Positions 14,251 to 26,631 of a stretch of 64,000 bases of DNA are shown in pieces. The position numbers and the translations under genes are program-made. The stretch's first letter is position 1. Every line of letters begins with the position of its first letter. The notes below the pieces were generated by a model. It searched no databases. It had not been told where the DNA came from and worked only from the letters and a program-made list of their open reading frames with translations. This stretch comes from an uncultured Acidobacteriota bacterium. GTDB lineage: Bacteria > Acidobacteriota > Vicinamibacteria > Vicinamibacterales > UBA2999. Location of the stretch: positions 20,222 through 84,221 of the forward strand of contig CAWJMJ010000001.1 in NCBI GenBank assembly GCA_963843885.1. The letters are read 5' to 3'.

Positions 14251-15418
14251 CCTCACGAACCCGCGCCGCCGTGCTCGCCGTGTCGCTGCCCGTGCTCGCC
14301 TTTGCCGTCATCGGCGGATTCCTCGGCCGCAAGGCCGACCGCGCAGGACGACAGCTACAAGACCCTGCGCATCTTCGAAGACGTCGTCACGCTGATCGTC
14401 AACAACTACGTCGAAGAAGTGAACGTCGACAAGGTGATGCACGGCGCCATGCACGGCCTGGCCGACGGGCTCGACCCCGACAGCGCCTATCTCGACAAAC
14501 CAGGTGAAGACCGTCGATGCGGCGACGCGGCGGCGCTGCGCCGACCGGCCTCGAGCTGACCCGTCAGTACTACCTGCGGGTGATCGCGGCCCGCGACGGC
14601 TCGCCGGCGGCGAAGGCCGGGCTGCGCCCCGGCGATTACATCCGCGCGATCGACGGCCAGTCGACCCGCGACATCACCGTGTTCGAGGGCATGCGCCTGC
14701 TGCGCGGCAAGGCCGGCACCAAGGTCAAGCTGACCGTGCTGCGCGGCAATGCCGCCGAGCCTCACGAAGTGGAGCTGCAGCGCGAGCAGCAGCCGGCGCT
14801 GCCGGTCAAGGGCCGGGCGCTTCAAGCCGGCACCGGCTACCTGCGCATCGGCGAATTCACGAAAGCCACGGCGATCCCAGGTGCGGAGCGAAGTGCAGAC
14901 GCTGACTCGCGGCGGCGCCTCGCGGCTGATCATCGACCTGCGCGGCACGGCCAACGGCGACGTCGATCTCGGGTTCGAGTCGGCGCGCCTGTTCGTGCCC
15001 TCGGGCGTGCTCGGCTACCGGCAGGCGCGCGGGCAAGGACAAGCAGGCGATCTCGGCCGCCGCCGGCGACGGCGCGCTGACGCTGCCGATCGCGGTGCTT
15101 TCGGACAACGGCACGGCGGGCGCCGCCGAGGTGTTTGCCGCCGCCCTGGCGGGCAACAAGCGCGCGAGCCTCGTCGGCGAACGCACGCTCGGCCGCGCCG
15201 GCCGTCAGAAGGTCGTGAAGCTGCCCGATGGCTCTGGCCTGCTGCTGACGCACCTGCTTTACCTCGGCCCCGGCGGCGCGTCGCTGCAAGAGCGCGGGGT
15301 CACGCCCGATGTCGCCGTCGACGTGCCGGCCCTCGACTTCGGCGCCGAGCGCGGGCCCGGCGATCCGATGCTCGACAAGGCCGTCGAGACGCTGACCGCC
15401 GCCAAGAAAGCGGCGTAA
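14247..15418 (+). CDS. S41/CtpA-like PDZ protein with degenerate active site (frameshifted)
   Basis: NYVEEV, LDPDSAYL, PDZ GSPAAKAGL, IIDLR, TAGAAE, GERTLGR, GVTPDV. Confidence 0.85.
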
Positions 15419-15487
15419 TCGCAACGCGCGCGGCGCCCCATCTGCACGCAGGTGCGCGCTCCTACCCGTAAAATCGCGCTTTTGCGC

Positions 15488-15517
15488 TTGACGGCCGAGC
15501 TTGACGCACCGTATAAC
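15488..15517 (+). promoter_or_regulatory. Sigma-70-type promoter of hup
   Basis: TTGACG-N18-TATAAC. Confidence 0.6.
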
Positions 15518-15577
15518 GCGGAAGCGGAATGCCGGCGCGCGTCTCGGTGATGGGCGGCCAGGCATCTGGAGGAACGG

Positions 15578-15850
15578 ATGAACAAGCAGGAACTCATCGC
15601 CAAGATTGCCAAGGACACGGGCGGCAGCAAGGCCACCGCGGGCAAGGCGCTGGCCTCGATGATTGACGGAATCACCAAGACGTTGAAGAAGGGCGGCTCG
15701 GTCAGCCTGGTCGGCTTCGGCACCTTCTCCACCTCCCAGCGCAAGGCGCGCACCGCGCGCAACCCCCAGACCGGCGCCGCCATCAAGATCGGCAAGCGTC
15801 GCGTGCCGAAGTTCAAGGCAGGCAAGGCACTGAAGGTCGCTGTCAAGTAG
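15578..15850 (+). CDS. hup: DNA-binding protein HU
   Basis: MNKQELI...GFGTF...RKARTARNPQTG...PKFKAGK; GGAGG SD. Confidence 0.97.
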   Translation: MNKQELIAKIAKDTGGSKATAGKALASMIDGITKTLKKGGSVSLVGFGTFSTSQRKARTARNPQTGAAIKIGKRRVPKFKAGKALKVAVK

Positions 15851-15980
15851 GTCCGCTCCGGTTCGTACCGACCGCCCGGCGTCGCTCCATGTGCCGGGCG
15901 TTCGTGCGTACAGACAGCGCTTCCGGGCTGTTTGCGCGTGCTATACTCCAGGTTCCCGTGAGGCCGAGCACACGCACTAT

Positions 15981-16057
15981 AGGCGCGTAGCTCAGCTGGT
16001 TAGAGCGCCTGCTTGACACGCAGGAGGTCGGCAGTTCGAGTCTGCCCGTGCCTACCA
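15981..16057 (+). tRNA. tRNA-Val (GAC)
   Basis: Cloverleaf; anticodon arm cctgc-TTGACAC-gcagg; TTCGA T-loop; 3' CCA; extended -10 TGCTATACT at 15939-15947. Confidence 0.97.
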
Positions 16058-16100
16058 TTCGACTCGGCTCGCGAGCGCGCGTTGGCGCGCCTCGCCCTCG

Positions 16101-18086
<1,986 letters not shown>

Positions 18087-18111
18087 GCTCTTTCCATTCT
18101 GGAGGCTGACT

Positions 18112-18715
18112 ATCGCATTCGATCGCAACCGCTCGGGTCGTCGTGACGACCGCGTCCGCACCAACGAGCGCATCCGGGTCCGCGAGATCCGGGTGATCGA
18201 TGAAACGGGCCAGCAATTGGGCATCATGCCGCCGCCGCAGGCGCTCACGATTGCCCGGTCCAAGGGACTCGACCTCGTGGAGATCTCCCCCACTGCCGTG
18301 CCGCCGGTCTGCCGGATCATGGACTACGGGAAGTATCCAGTACCAGGAGGCAAAGCGGGCACGCGAGGCGAAGAAGCACCAGAAGGTCATCGAGGTCAAG
18401 GAAATCAAGTTCCGTCCGAAGGTGGACGAACACGATTACCAGTTCAAGAAGAAGCACATCGAGCGCTTCCTCGAAGACGGCGACAAGGTGAAGGCGACGG
18501 TGTTCTTCCGCGGACGCGAGATGGCGCACCCGGAGATCGGACATCGGATCCTGACGCGGTTGATCGAGGACCTGGCCGATGTGGCGATGCCCGAGACGAT
18601 GCCGCGGCAGGAAGGCAACCAGATGCACACGATCCTGACGCAGAAGCGCGGCAGCAAACCGGCGGTGCGGACCACGCGGTCGGCCGACGGCACTGAAGAG
18701 CTGACGGAAAGCTAG
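18112..18715 (+). CDS. infC: Translation initiation factor IF-3, ATC start (one indel)
   Basis: [42 protein letters not shown]; GGAGG 6 nt before ATC. Confidence 0.96.
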
Positions 18716-18723
18716 AGACGAAC

Positions 18724-18932
18724 ATGGCGAAGAAGCTGAAGATTGAAGAGTCACCGGGGGGCCGCCAAGCGGTTCAAGAAGACGGGCACCGGCAAGTTCA
18801 TGCGCGCCGCCGCCTTCAAGCGCCACCTGCTCACGAGCAAGTCCACCCAGATGAAGCGTCACGCCCGCGGCAACAAGCTCGTCTCCGACGTCGGAGCAGG
18901 ACAAGCTGCGCCGCATGCTGCCGTACGACTAG
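18724..18932 (+). CDS. rpmI: 50S ribosomal protein L35 (indels)
   Basis: [17 protein letters not shown]...HLLTSK...MLPY. Confidence 0.93.
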
Positions 18933-18939
18933 ACCGGTT

Positions 18940-19155
18940 CGGGTTCCGGCGTTCGGAACCCGGCCAGCCCGCGCTCCACGAGCGCGACATCTTGGGATCG
19001 ACCGGCGCGGCGGATTTCGGCAAGGCATGGCCTTCCCGAGACCGGCACCGAGCCCCGGTCCCCGACCGATGACCGGCGGTTAGGGCTATTCCGTCATCGT
19101 CTCGTGGTCCCCCAGTGTTGCGGGACCAAGTCCGGCGTCGCTGGCCCCTAACCGC
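18940..19155 (+). ncRNA. Candidate structured cis-regulatory RNA between rpmI and rplT
   Basis: At least six complementary stem pairs in 237 nt, including a perfect 10-bp pair 19076-19085/19146-19155. Confidence 0.45.
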
Positions 19156-19169
19156 TTACCGGAGTCTGC

Positions 19170-19531
19170 ATGCCTCGCGTCAAACGCGGCACCGTTCGTC
19201 GTGCCAAGCGGAAGAAGCTGGAAAAGCTCACCAAGGGCTATTTCCAGAACAAAGCAAGCTCTACAAGTTCATGAAGGAGGCGGCCGACAAGGCAGGCGTT
19301 TACGCCTACACCGGCCGCAAGCGGAAGAAGCGCGATTACCGGAGCCTCTGGGTGATGCGCATCAACGCGGCCGCGCGCGAGCACGGTCTCTCCTACAGCG
19401 TGTTCATGAACGGCGTCAAGAAGGCCGGCATCGAACTCGATCGCAAGAGCCTGTCGGAACTGGCAGCGCGCGACGCGGCGGCCTTCGCCGCGGTCATCGC
19501 GCAGGCCAAGACCGCGCTCGGCGTCGCCTGA
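19170..19531 (+). CDS. rplT: 50S ribosomal protein L20 (one indel)
   Basis: MPRVKRG...[23 protein letters not shown]...LDRKSL. Confidence 0.96.
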
Positions 19532-19677
19532 TACGTCACACTGGCCACAGGCCGCGGAAGAACGGGCACCAGGCAGAAGAGAGCACCCTCTTTCGCCTGG
19601 TGCGTTTTTCTGTACGGCCACTCTGCGCCCGCCAGTCCGACGTCCCTGCTCCCCATCCCTGTTCTATGATCCTGCCC

Positions 19678-20829
19678 ATGTCCACGCTCGACGAGCTGAC
19701 CGCCCTCATCACGGAGCACGAGCACGCTTTTGCCGTGGCCCTCGCCGCCGCCGATGCCGGCGCGCCGGCCACGCGTGAAAACGAGCTGAAGGCGCTCGAG
19801 GTCGGTTGGACCGGCCGCAAGTCCGGCAGGATCGCCGACCTGATGGCCCGCCTGCCGTCGCTGCCGCCGGCCGACCGCCGGGCGTTCGGGCAGCAGGTGA
19901 ACGCGCTCAAGACCCGCGTGGAACAGGCCCTCGAGGCCCGCGCCGCCGCGCTCGCCGCCACGCGCCGGCCGGCCGGGGCCGTCGACATCACGCTGCCCGG
20001 CCGCGCGCCGGCGCTCGGCCACCGGCATCCGCTCAGCCTCGTGCGCGAGCAGGTCCAGGAGGTCTTCACGCGCCTCGGCTACCAGGTGCTCGAAGGGCCA
20101 GAGATCGAGGACGACTACCACAACTTCGCCGCGCTCAACATGCCGGACGAGCATCCGGCGCGCGACATGCAGGACACGCTCTACCTGTCCGAGCCGCTCG
20201 CGCCCTCGCCGTCGCTCGACAGCCCCGCCGAGGCCCGCGGGTCGGAGGAGGACACGGCGCGACGCGGCCGGCGGCCCCTGGCCCCGCAGCCGCTCACGCT
20301 GCTGCGCACGCACACCTCGGCAATGCAGATCCGTTACATGGAAAAGCACGACCCGCCGGTGCGGCTCGTGGCCATCGGCCCGGTCTACCGGCGCGACAAC
20401 CTGGACCTCACGCACACGCCGATGTTCCACCAGTGCGAAGGCCTGGTCGTCGGCCGCGGCATCACCCTGGCCCACCTCAAGGGCACGCTGCTGGCGATGG
20501 CCGAGGCGCTGTTCGGGGCCGGCACGCCCGTGCGCTTCCGTCCCAGCTTCTTCCCCTACACCGAGCCGAGCGCCGAGGTCGACGTCGGCTGCATCCGCTG
20601 CGGCGGCTCCGGGTGCCCGGTGTGCAAGCACACCGGCTGGCTCGAGATCCTGGGCAGCGGCATGGTGCACCCGGGCGTGTTCGAGGCGGTGGGCTACGAC
20701 CCCGGCGAGGTCACCGGCTTCGCCTTCGGCATGGGCATCGAGCGCGTCGCCATGCTGAAGTGGGACGTCGGCGACATCCGTCTGTTCTACGAAAACGATC
20801 TGCGCTTCCTGGAGCAGTTCTCGCTATGA
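19678..20829 (+). CDS. pheS: Phenylalanyl-tRNA synthetase alpha subunit
   Basis: [36 protein letters not shown]. Confidence 0.98.
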   Translation: MSTLDELTALITEHEHAFAVALAAADAGAPATRENELKALEVGWTGRKSGRIADLMARLPSLPPADRRAFGQQVNALKTRVEQALEARAAALAATRRPAGAVDITLPGRAPALGHRHPLSLVREQVQEVFTRLGYQVLEGPEIEDDYHNFAALNMPDEHPARDMQDTLYLSEPLAPSPSLDSPAEARGSEEDTARRGRRPLAPQPLTLLRTHTSAMQIRYMEKHDPPVRLVAIGPVYRRDNLDLTHTPMFHQCEGLVVGRGITLAHLKGTLLAMAEALFGAGTPVRFRPSFFPYTEPSAEVDVGCIRCGGSGCPVCKHTGWLEILGSGMVHPGVFEAVGYDPGEVTGFAFGMGIERVAMLKWDVGDIRLFYENDLRFLEQFSL

Positions 20830-22917
20830 GGGTGCTGTATTCCTGGTTGCGGGATTTCGTGGACGTCCCCGACGGCCCGGCCGAACTGGGCCGCCGCCTG
20901 TCGCTGCGCGGACTCGCGCTCGAAGGCATCGAACCGGCGCCGCCGGGCGACGAGCCGCCCGGCGTGACCGCGGTCGACGGCGACGCCGTGCTCGATTTCG
21001 ACGTGACCGCCAACCGTCCCGACTGCCTGTCGGTCGTCGGCATCGCGCGCGAGGTGGCGACCGTCTACGGATTGCCGCTGCGCCTGCCGTCGACAACGGC
21101 AACCGGGCACCTGCGCTCGGCGCAGCTCAGCACCGGCGACTCCGGCCGCTTCACCGTGCGCATCGACGCGCCCGAGCTATGCGCGCGCTACGTCGGGGCC
21201 GCTGCCGAGGTGCGGGTCGGGCCCTCGCCCGCCTGGCTGCAGCGCCGCCTCATCGCGCTCGGCGTCCGCCCGATCAGCAACGTCGTCGACATCACCAACT
21301 ACGTGCTGCTCGAGCTCGGCCAGCCGATGCACGCCTTCGACCAGACGCGGCTCGCCGATCAGGCCATCGTCGTGCGTGCAGCGCGCGCCCAGGAAGCCCT
21401 GACGACCCTCGACGGCAAGACGCGCACGCTGGCCGCCGGCATGCTGGTCATCGCCGACGCCGAGACGCGCCGTCGCCATCGGCGGCGTGATGGGCGGCGC
21501 CGACTCGGAAGTGCGCGCCGGCTCGACGCGCATCGTGTTCGAGAGCGCGTGGTTCAAGCCGCAGTCGGTCCGGGCCACCAGCAAGGCGCTGGGGCTGCGC
21601 TCGGAAGCGTCGGTGCGTTTCGAGCGCGGCGCCGATCCGACCATGCCGCCGGCCGGCATGGCGCGTGCCTGCGCGCTGCTCGAGTTCATCGGCGCTGGCC
21701 GCGCCGACGGCACCATGGTCGACGTCGAAGCCAGTCCGCACGTCGCGCGCGTGCTGCCGGTGAGCCACGCGCACATCGAGGCGCTGCTCGGCATGCCGGT
21801 GCCGCCGCCCGAGGTGGAGCGGATCCTGGTCTCGCTCGGGTTCACGCTGACGGCCGGCGGCGACGCGGCGGCGTGGCGCGTCACCGTGCCCGGCTGGCGC
21901 CCGGACGTGGCCCGGCCCGAGGACGTCATCGAGGAGGTGGGCCGGCACCACGGCTTCGAACACCTGCCGGCCCTCTTCCCGCCGGTCTACCAGGCGCCGC
22001 CGCCGTCCGATCCGCGCCTCGCCCGCGACGCGCGCGTGCGCAAGGCCATGCTCGGCATGGGCTTCTCCGAGGCCATCAGCTTCGCCTTCATCGAAGCCAG
22101 CGCGGCCACGCCGTTTGCCGGCGGCGCGCCGCTCATCACGCTCGCCAATCCGCTCTCCGAGACGTTCGCGGTGATGCGGCCGAGCGTGCTGCCCGGCGTC
22201 ATCGACGCGGTGAGCCACAACCGCCGGCACGGGCGGCGCGACGTGCGGCTGTTCGAGATCGCCACCGCCTTTGCCGGTCACGGCGAGCGGCGCGCGCTCG
22301 CCGTCGCCTGGACCGGCGCCGCGGCCGGCAATCACTGGAGCGGCGGGCGGCGCGACGTGGACTTCTTCGATATGAAGGGCGTGGTCGAGCAGGCGTGCGC
22401 CGCGCTCGGGGTCACCCCGGCGTTTGCCGCCACGACCCGCGACTACCTGGTCACGGGGCGGGCCGCCGCGGTCCTGGCCGGCAGCCACGAGGCCGGCGTC
22501 GTCGGCCTGCTCGCGCCCGCTCTGGCCGACGCGCGCGGCATTCCCAAGGGCGACGACGTCTTCGTACTCGAGCTCGACCTGGCGGTGGTGGCCGCGGCGG
22601 CCGCCACCACGACGATGCGGGTCGAGCCGCTGCCGCGCTTTCCGGCGGTGGTGCGCGACGTATCGCTGCTCGTCGACGATGCCTTGTCTGCGGGCAGCGT
22701 TCGTGACACGATCCGACAGGCGGCGCCGCCGTCACTCGTCTCCATTCGGGAGTTCGATAGGTACCAGGGGCGCGGCGTGCCGCCGGGCAAGGTCAGCGTG
22801 TCGCTGCGCCTGACGTTCCGGGCCGACGATCGCACGTTGACCGACGACGACGTGCTGGCGGCGATGCGCGACATCGTGGCTGCGGTACGCGCCGGGCTCG
22901 GCGCCGAACAGCGATAG
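20826..22917 (+). CDS. pheT: Phenylalanyl-tRNA synthetase beta subunit, short form lacking the B2 OB domain (indel near 21470)
   Basis: [39 protein letters not shown]-terminal FDX-ACB domain. Confidence 0.96.
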
Positions 22918-22930
22918 CAGAGGAACAAGG

Positions 22931-23203
22931 ATGGCGAAGACGATGGCGGCAGGAGTGGAGCCGTTCGACCGGCTCGAAGAAAAAATCAAATTGCTCGTGA
23001 GCACGATCTCGCGGCTCAAGGGCGAGCACACGCGGCTCACCGAAGACAACGGCCGCCTGCAGCGCGAGCTGACGGCGCTCCAGGAACGGCTCGGCCAGGC
23101 CGAGCAGACCGGCAGCGAGGTCACGGCGCTGCGCGAGGAACGCGACCTCGTCCGTATGCGGGTAGGCGAAATCCTTGCCGAACTCGACACGCTGAAGCTC
23201 TAG
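22931..23203 (+). CDS. zapB: Cell division protein ZapB-like coiled coil
   Basis: FDRLEEKIKLLVSTISRLK; 90-aa coiled coil between pheT and zapA. Confidence 0.75.
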   Translation: MAKTMAAGVEPFDRLEEKIKLLVSTISRLKGEHTRLTEDNGRLQRELTALQERLGQAEQTGSEVTALREERDLVRMRVGEILAELDTLKL

Positions 23204-23209
23204 CGCCCC

Positions 23210-23518
23210 ATGGCCGATCCGCGTGTCGTGCACGTCGAGGTGAACGGGCAGCGGTATCCCATCCGCAGCTCGCTCGACCCGAGCTACGTCCAGGAACTGG
23301 CCTCGTACGTCGATCGCAAGCTCCGCATCGCCTTTGATTCGGCGCCGTCCAGCGACACCCTCGGCCTGGCCATCCTGGCCGCGCTCAACATCGCCGACGA
23401 GTTCTTCCGGGCTCGTGATTCCCAACTCCAGGTCGACGGCAGCGTGGCGGCACGGGCCGGCGAGCTGGAACGCATGGTGGATCAGGCCCTGGATCTCGTC
23501 GAGCCCGCCGAGGGCTGA
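23210..23518 (+). CDS. zapA: Cell division protein ZapA
   Basis: VEVNGQRY...LASYVD...LAILAALNIADE. Confidence 0.93.
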   Translation: MADPRVVHVEVNGQRYPIRSSLDPSYVQELASYVDRKLRIAFDSAPSSDTLGLAILAALNIADEFFRARDSQLQVDGSVAARAGELERMVDQALDLVEPAEG

Positions 23519-23662
23519 CGGCGCCCCCACAATCACCGCCCGGGCCGGGGGCGCCCCCCTCGGCTCGGGCCGAAATTGGTCCTATCCCGGCCGCTTGTAG
23601 TCCGCTACCATGTGTCTCCGTTTGCCTCCGGGGCTCCGTCCCCACACGGGAGACTGTGACGT

Positions 23663-25180
23663 ATGAGCGACCGACACTCCTTCCCCTGGCATCGCGCCAC
23701 CGTGGCCGCCGGCGTGCTAGTGGCGGCCGGCTTCGGATGGCGCGCCGAACTCGACGCGCAGGCTCCGGCCGCCGCCCCGCCCGCCGAGATCACCTACGCC
23801 AGACACATCGCGCCGATCCTGCAGCGCAGCTGCGAGAACTGCCATCGGCCGGACGGCGTCGCGCCGATGTCGCTGCGTCACCTACGAGGAGGTGCGCCCG
23901 TGGGCGCGCGCGATCAAGCAGCGCACCGGCATCGGCCCGCAGCGCCGGCGTGATGCCGCCGTGGTACGTCGAGAAGAACATCGGCATCCAGCAGTTCAAG
24001 AACGACCCGTCGCTGAGCGACGACGAGGTCGCGATGATCGCCAAGTGGGCCGACAGCGGCGCGCCGCGCGGCAACCCGGCCGACATGCCGGCCGCCGCGC
24101 GTGTGGACCGACGCCACGCGCCTGGGCGATCGGCACGCCCGACCTCGTCGTCAAGACCACCGACATCGTGGTCAAGGGCGACGCGCCCGACTGGTGGGGC
24201 GAGATCCGCGCGTCGCCGACCGGCCTCACCGAAGACCGCTACGTCGCCGCGCTCGAGGTGCAAGGAAGTCAACGACGTCGACAGCCGGCCGGCACGGGCC
24301 GCGACACGGTCGGCGGCCGCTACGTGTTCCACCACATGATCTGGAGCACCCGGGTGATCGACGGCGAACCGAGTGAGCCGGCCGACGCTCGACTGGCGGC
24401 GCTCGACGACGGCACGACCGCCTGGCCGGTGCACGAGGTGGGCCGCAACGCCGACTTCTTCGACCCGCAGCTCGGCGCGCCTGCTCAAGGCCGGCTCGCA
24501 GCATCGTCTCCGACTCGGTGCACCTGCACTCGAACGGCCGCGACACCAAGGCGCACCTCGAGATCGGCTTCAAGTTCATGCCCAAGGGCTACAAGCCCGA
24601 GTACAGCACCGCCAGCCGTCAGCCTCGGCAACGGCGTCGACATCGACATCACGGCCGATGGAAGCCAACCAGCAGCTGCACGCCTACACGGTGCTGCAGG
24701 AGCACACCAAGATCACCTCGTTCGAGCCGCACCTGCACGCGCCCGGCGCGCGGATGTGCCTCGAGGCGATCTGGGGCTACAACATCCAGACGCTGAACTG
24801 CGTCGGCTACGACCACAACTGGGTGCGCGGCTACGACTACGCCGACGACGCGGCGCCGCTGCTGCCGAAGGGCACCATCCTGCACATCATCGGCTACATG
24901 GACAACTCGCCGCGCAACAAGAACGTGCCCGATCCGCGCAACTGGCAGGGCTCGGGCAACCGCTCGGTGGCCAACATGTTCATCGACCTCGGCAAGCGCG
25001 TCTCGCTCACCGACGAGCAGTTCCAGGAGGAGATGACAGGCGCCGCGAAGGAGCAGCTGAAGCTGACCCGCAACGACGTCGATGATCGGCTGCCCGCTTC
25101 TGCAATCTCGAACTGCCAGACGCGCTGCCGGCGCCGCCAGCGGCGCCGGCCCGCACGCCCCAGCAACAGCAACAGTAGTA
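23663..25180 (+). CDS. Exported c-type cytochrome fused to a copper type II monooxygenase (PHM/DBM)-like region (many indels)
   Basis: Signal peptide, CENCH, MPPW; FHHM, VHLH, PHLH, ANMF; YDHNW. Confidence 0.75.
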
Positions 25181-25206
25181 ACGCGGGAAGACGAGGGAGA
25201 CGGACG

Positions 25207-26193
25207 ATGACGCGCCGAGTCGTTGGCTACGCGCTGGCCCTGGTGCTGGGGGCGACCGCGCCCGCGCTGGCGCAGTACGCTCACCTATTCGAAGCGGCCA
25301 GAACGTCTCGCCCGCCTACGAAGGCTGGGAAGAGGACGCCGGACGGCCGTAAGTTCTTCGTGTTCGGCTACATGAACCGCAACTGGCAGGAAGAGGTCGA
25401 CGTGCCGGTCGGCCCCGACAACAGCTTCACGACCGGCAGCCGCCGACCACGGGCAGCCGACGCACTTCCTGCCGCGCCGCAACCGCTTCGTCTTCCGCGT
25501 GCCGGTGCCGCCGGGATTCACCGAGAAGGACGAGATGGTCTGGACGCTGACCACCAAGGGCAAGACCGAGAAGGCCTACGCCACGCTTGCGCCTCGACTA
25601 CCGGATCGACGACGTCGTGAAGGCGTCGGAAACCGGCGCGCTCGGCGCCGGCACGCAGCAGCCCCGAAGTGCGCGCGAACAAGCCGCCGGTCCTCGAGGT
25701 GCAGGGACCACGCCGGATCGAGGTGCGGGTCGGCCAGGCCGTGCCGCTGTCGCTGTCGGTGCGCGACGACGGCATCCCGCGAGCCCGGGCTCTCGGGGCC
25801 GGGGCTGCCGTGGAGAATCGCGGCTCGGCCCTGGCCGTGGGCGCGCAGGCTTCGCAGGCCGCGCAGATCGAGGCCGCGCGCACCCGCCGGCTGATGCAGC
25901 CGCCGGCGCGGGTCACGGTCGGCAAGAACGTTGGCCTGCACGTGTCCTGGTACGTCTACCGCGGGCCGAACGCCGTCACCTTCGACCAGGATCAGATCGC
26001 GGCGTGGGAAGACACCCGCACCGGCGGCAACTCGCCGTGGGCCCCGCACTGGGTGGCGCCCGAACTGCCCGCCGACGGCAGGGTCACGGTGACGGCGTGG
26101 TTCTCGAAGCCCGGCGAGTACGTATTGCGGGCGCACGCCGACGACGGCGCGCTCACCGCCGATCAGGCGATTACCGTCGTCGTCAAGCCGTAA
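25207..26193 (+). CDS. Exported beta-rich protein with C-terminal Ig/PKD-like domain (indels)
   Basis: Signal peptide, FFVFGYMNRN, ANKPP...VRDDG...FSKPGEYVLRAHADDG. Confidence 0.7.
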
Positions 26194-26215
26194 CTCCCGG
26201 CGCCTCGGATCGTTC

Positions 26216-26244
26216 TTGACCGCGCCCGGGATGGGGCCTAGAAT
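26216..26244 (+). promoter_or_regulatory. Sigma-70 promoter of 6S RNA
   Basis: TTGACC-N17-TAGAAT, 7 nt before the RNA start. Confidence 0.75.
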
Positions 26245-26251
26245 CGATCTC

Positions 26252-26433
26252 GTTCCTGCCGTGCTCGTGATGGAATCTTGGAGGCTTGTCTGAGCCAATG
26301 TTCCTACCAAGCGAGTCGCGTCAGCCGCGTGGTGTGCATGCCTCCGTCGTGAGGAAGCCTGAAACGCGGCTTTACAGCGGCTCCACCTGCTAATGCAGGT
26401 TCAGCAATCCTCCCCACACGGCATCGGCGGGAC
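26252..26433 (+). ncRNA. ssrS: 6S RNA
   Basis: ~182 nt non-coding; 5' gttcctgccgtgctcgtg pairs with 3' cacggcatcggcgggac; inner stem agccgcgt/acgcggct; own promoter; zapA nearby. Confidence 0.8.
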
Positions 26434-26631
26434 ACTCTCTTACGGCCGACCACGCGTCGGCCGTCGTCATGTACGGGGGCATTTGGTGATCGTCCCGCCA
26501 GGCGCCGCCGGCACGGGCGTGGGCCCGCGCTCGGGGCCGGCGACGCCGGCGGCAGGGGTCGGGCCGATGCGCGGCGCGACGCACCCGCCGATGGCGCCGC
26601 TGCCGAGGCCCGTGGTACGCTCCGGCCCATC

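Noticed and set aside
12948-14507. Apparent EnvC-S41 fusion ORF
   Set aside because: ATGA at 14247-14250 and a new signal-anchor sequence indicate two overlapping genes joined by an indel.
19067-19155. HDV-like ribozyme in the rpmI-rplT pseudoknot
   Set aside because: Too few bases for P3/L3 and no P1.1 or J4/2 signature; kept only as a generic structured RNA.
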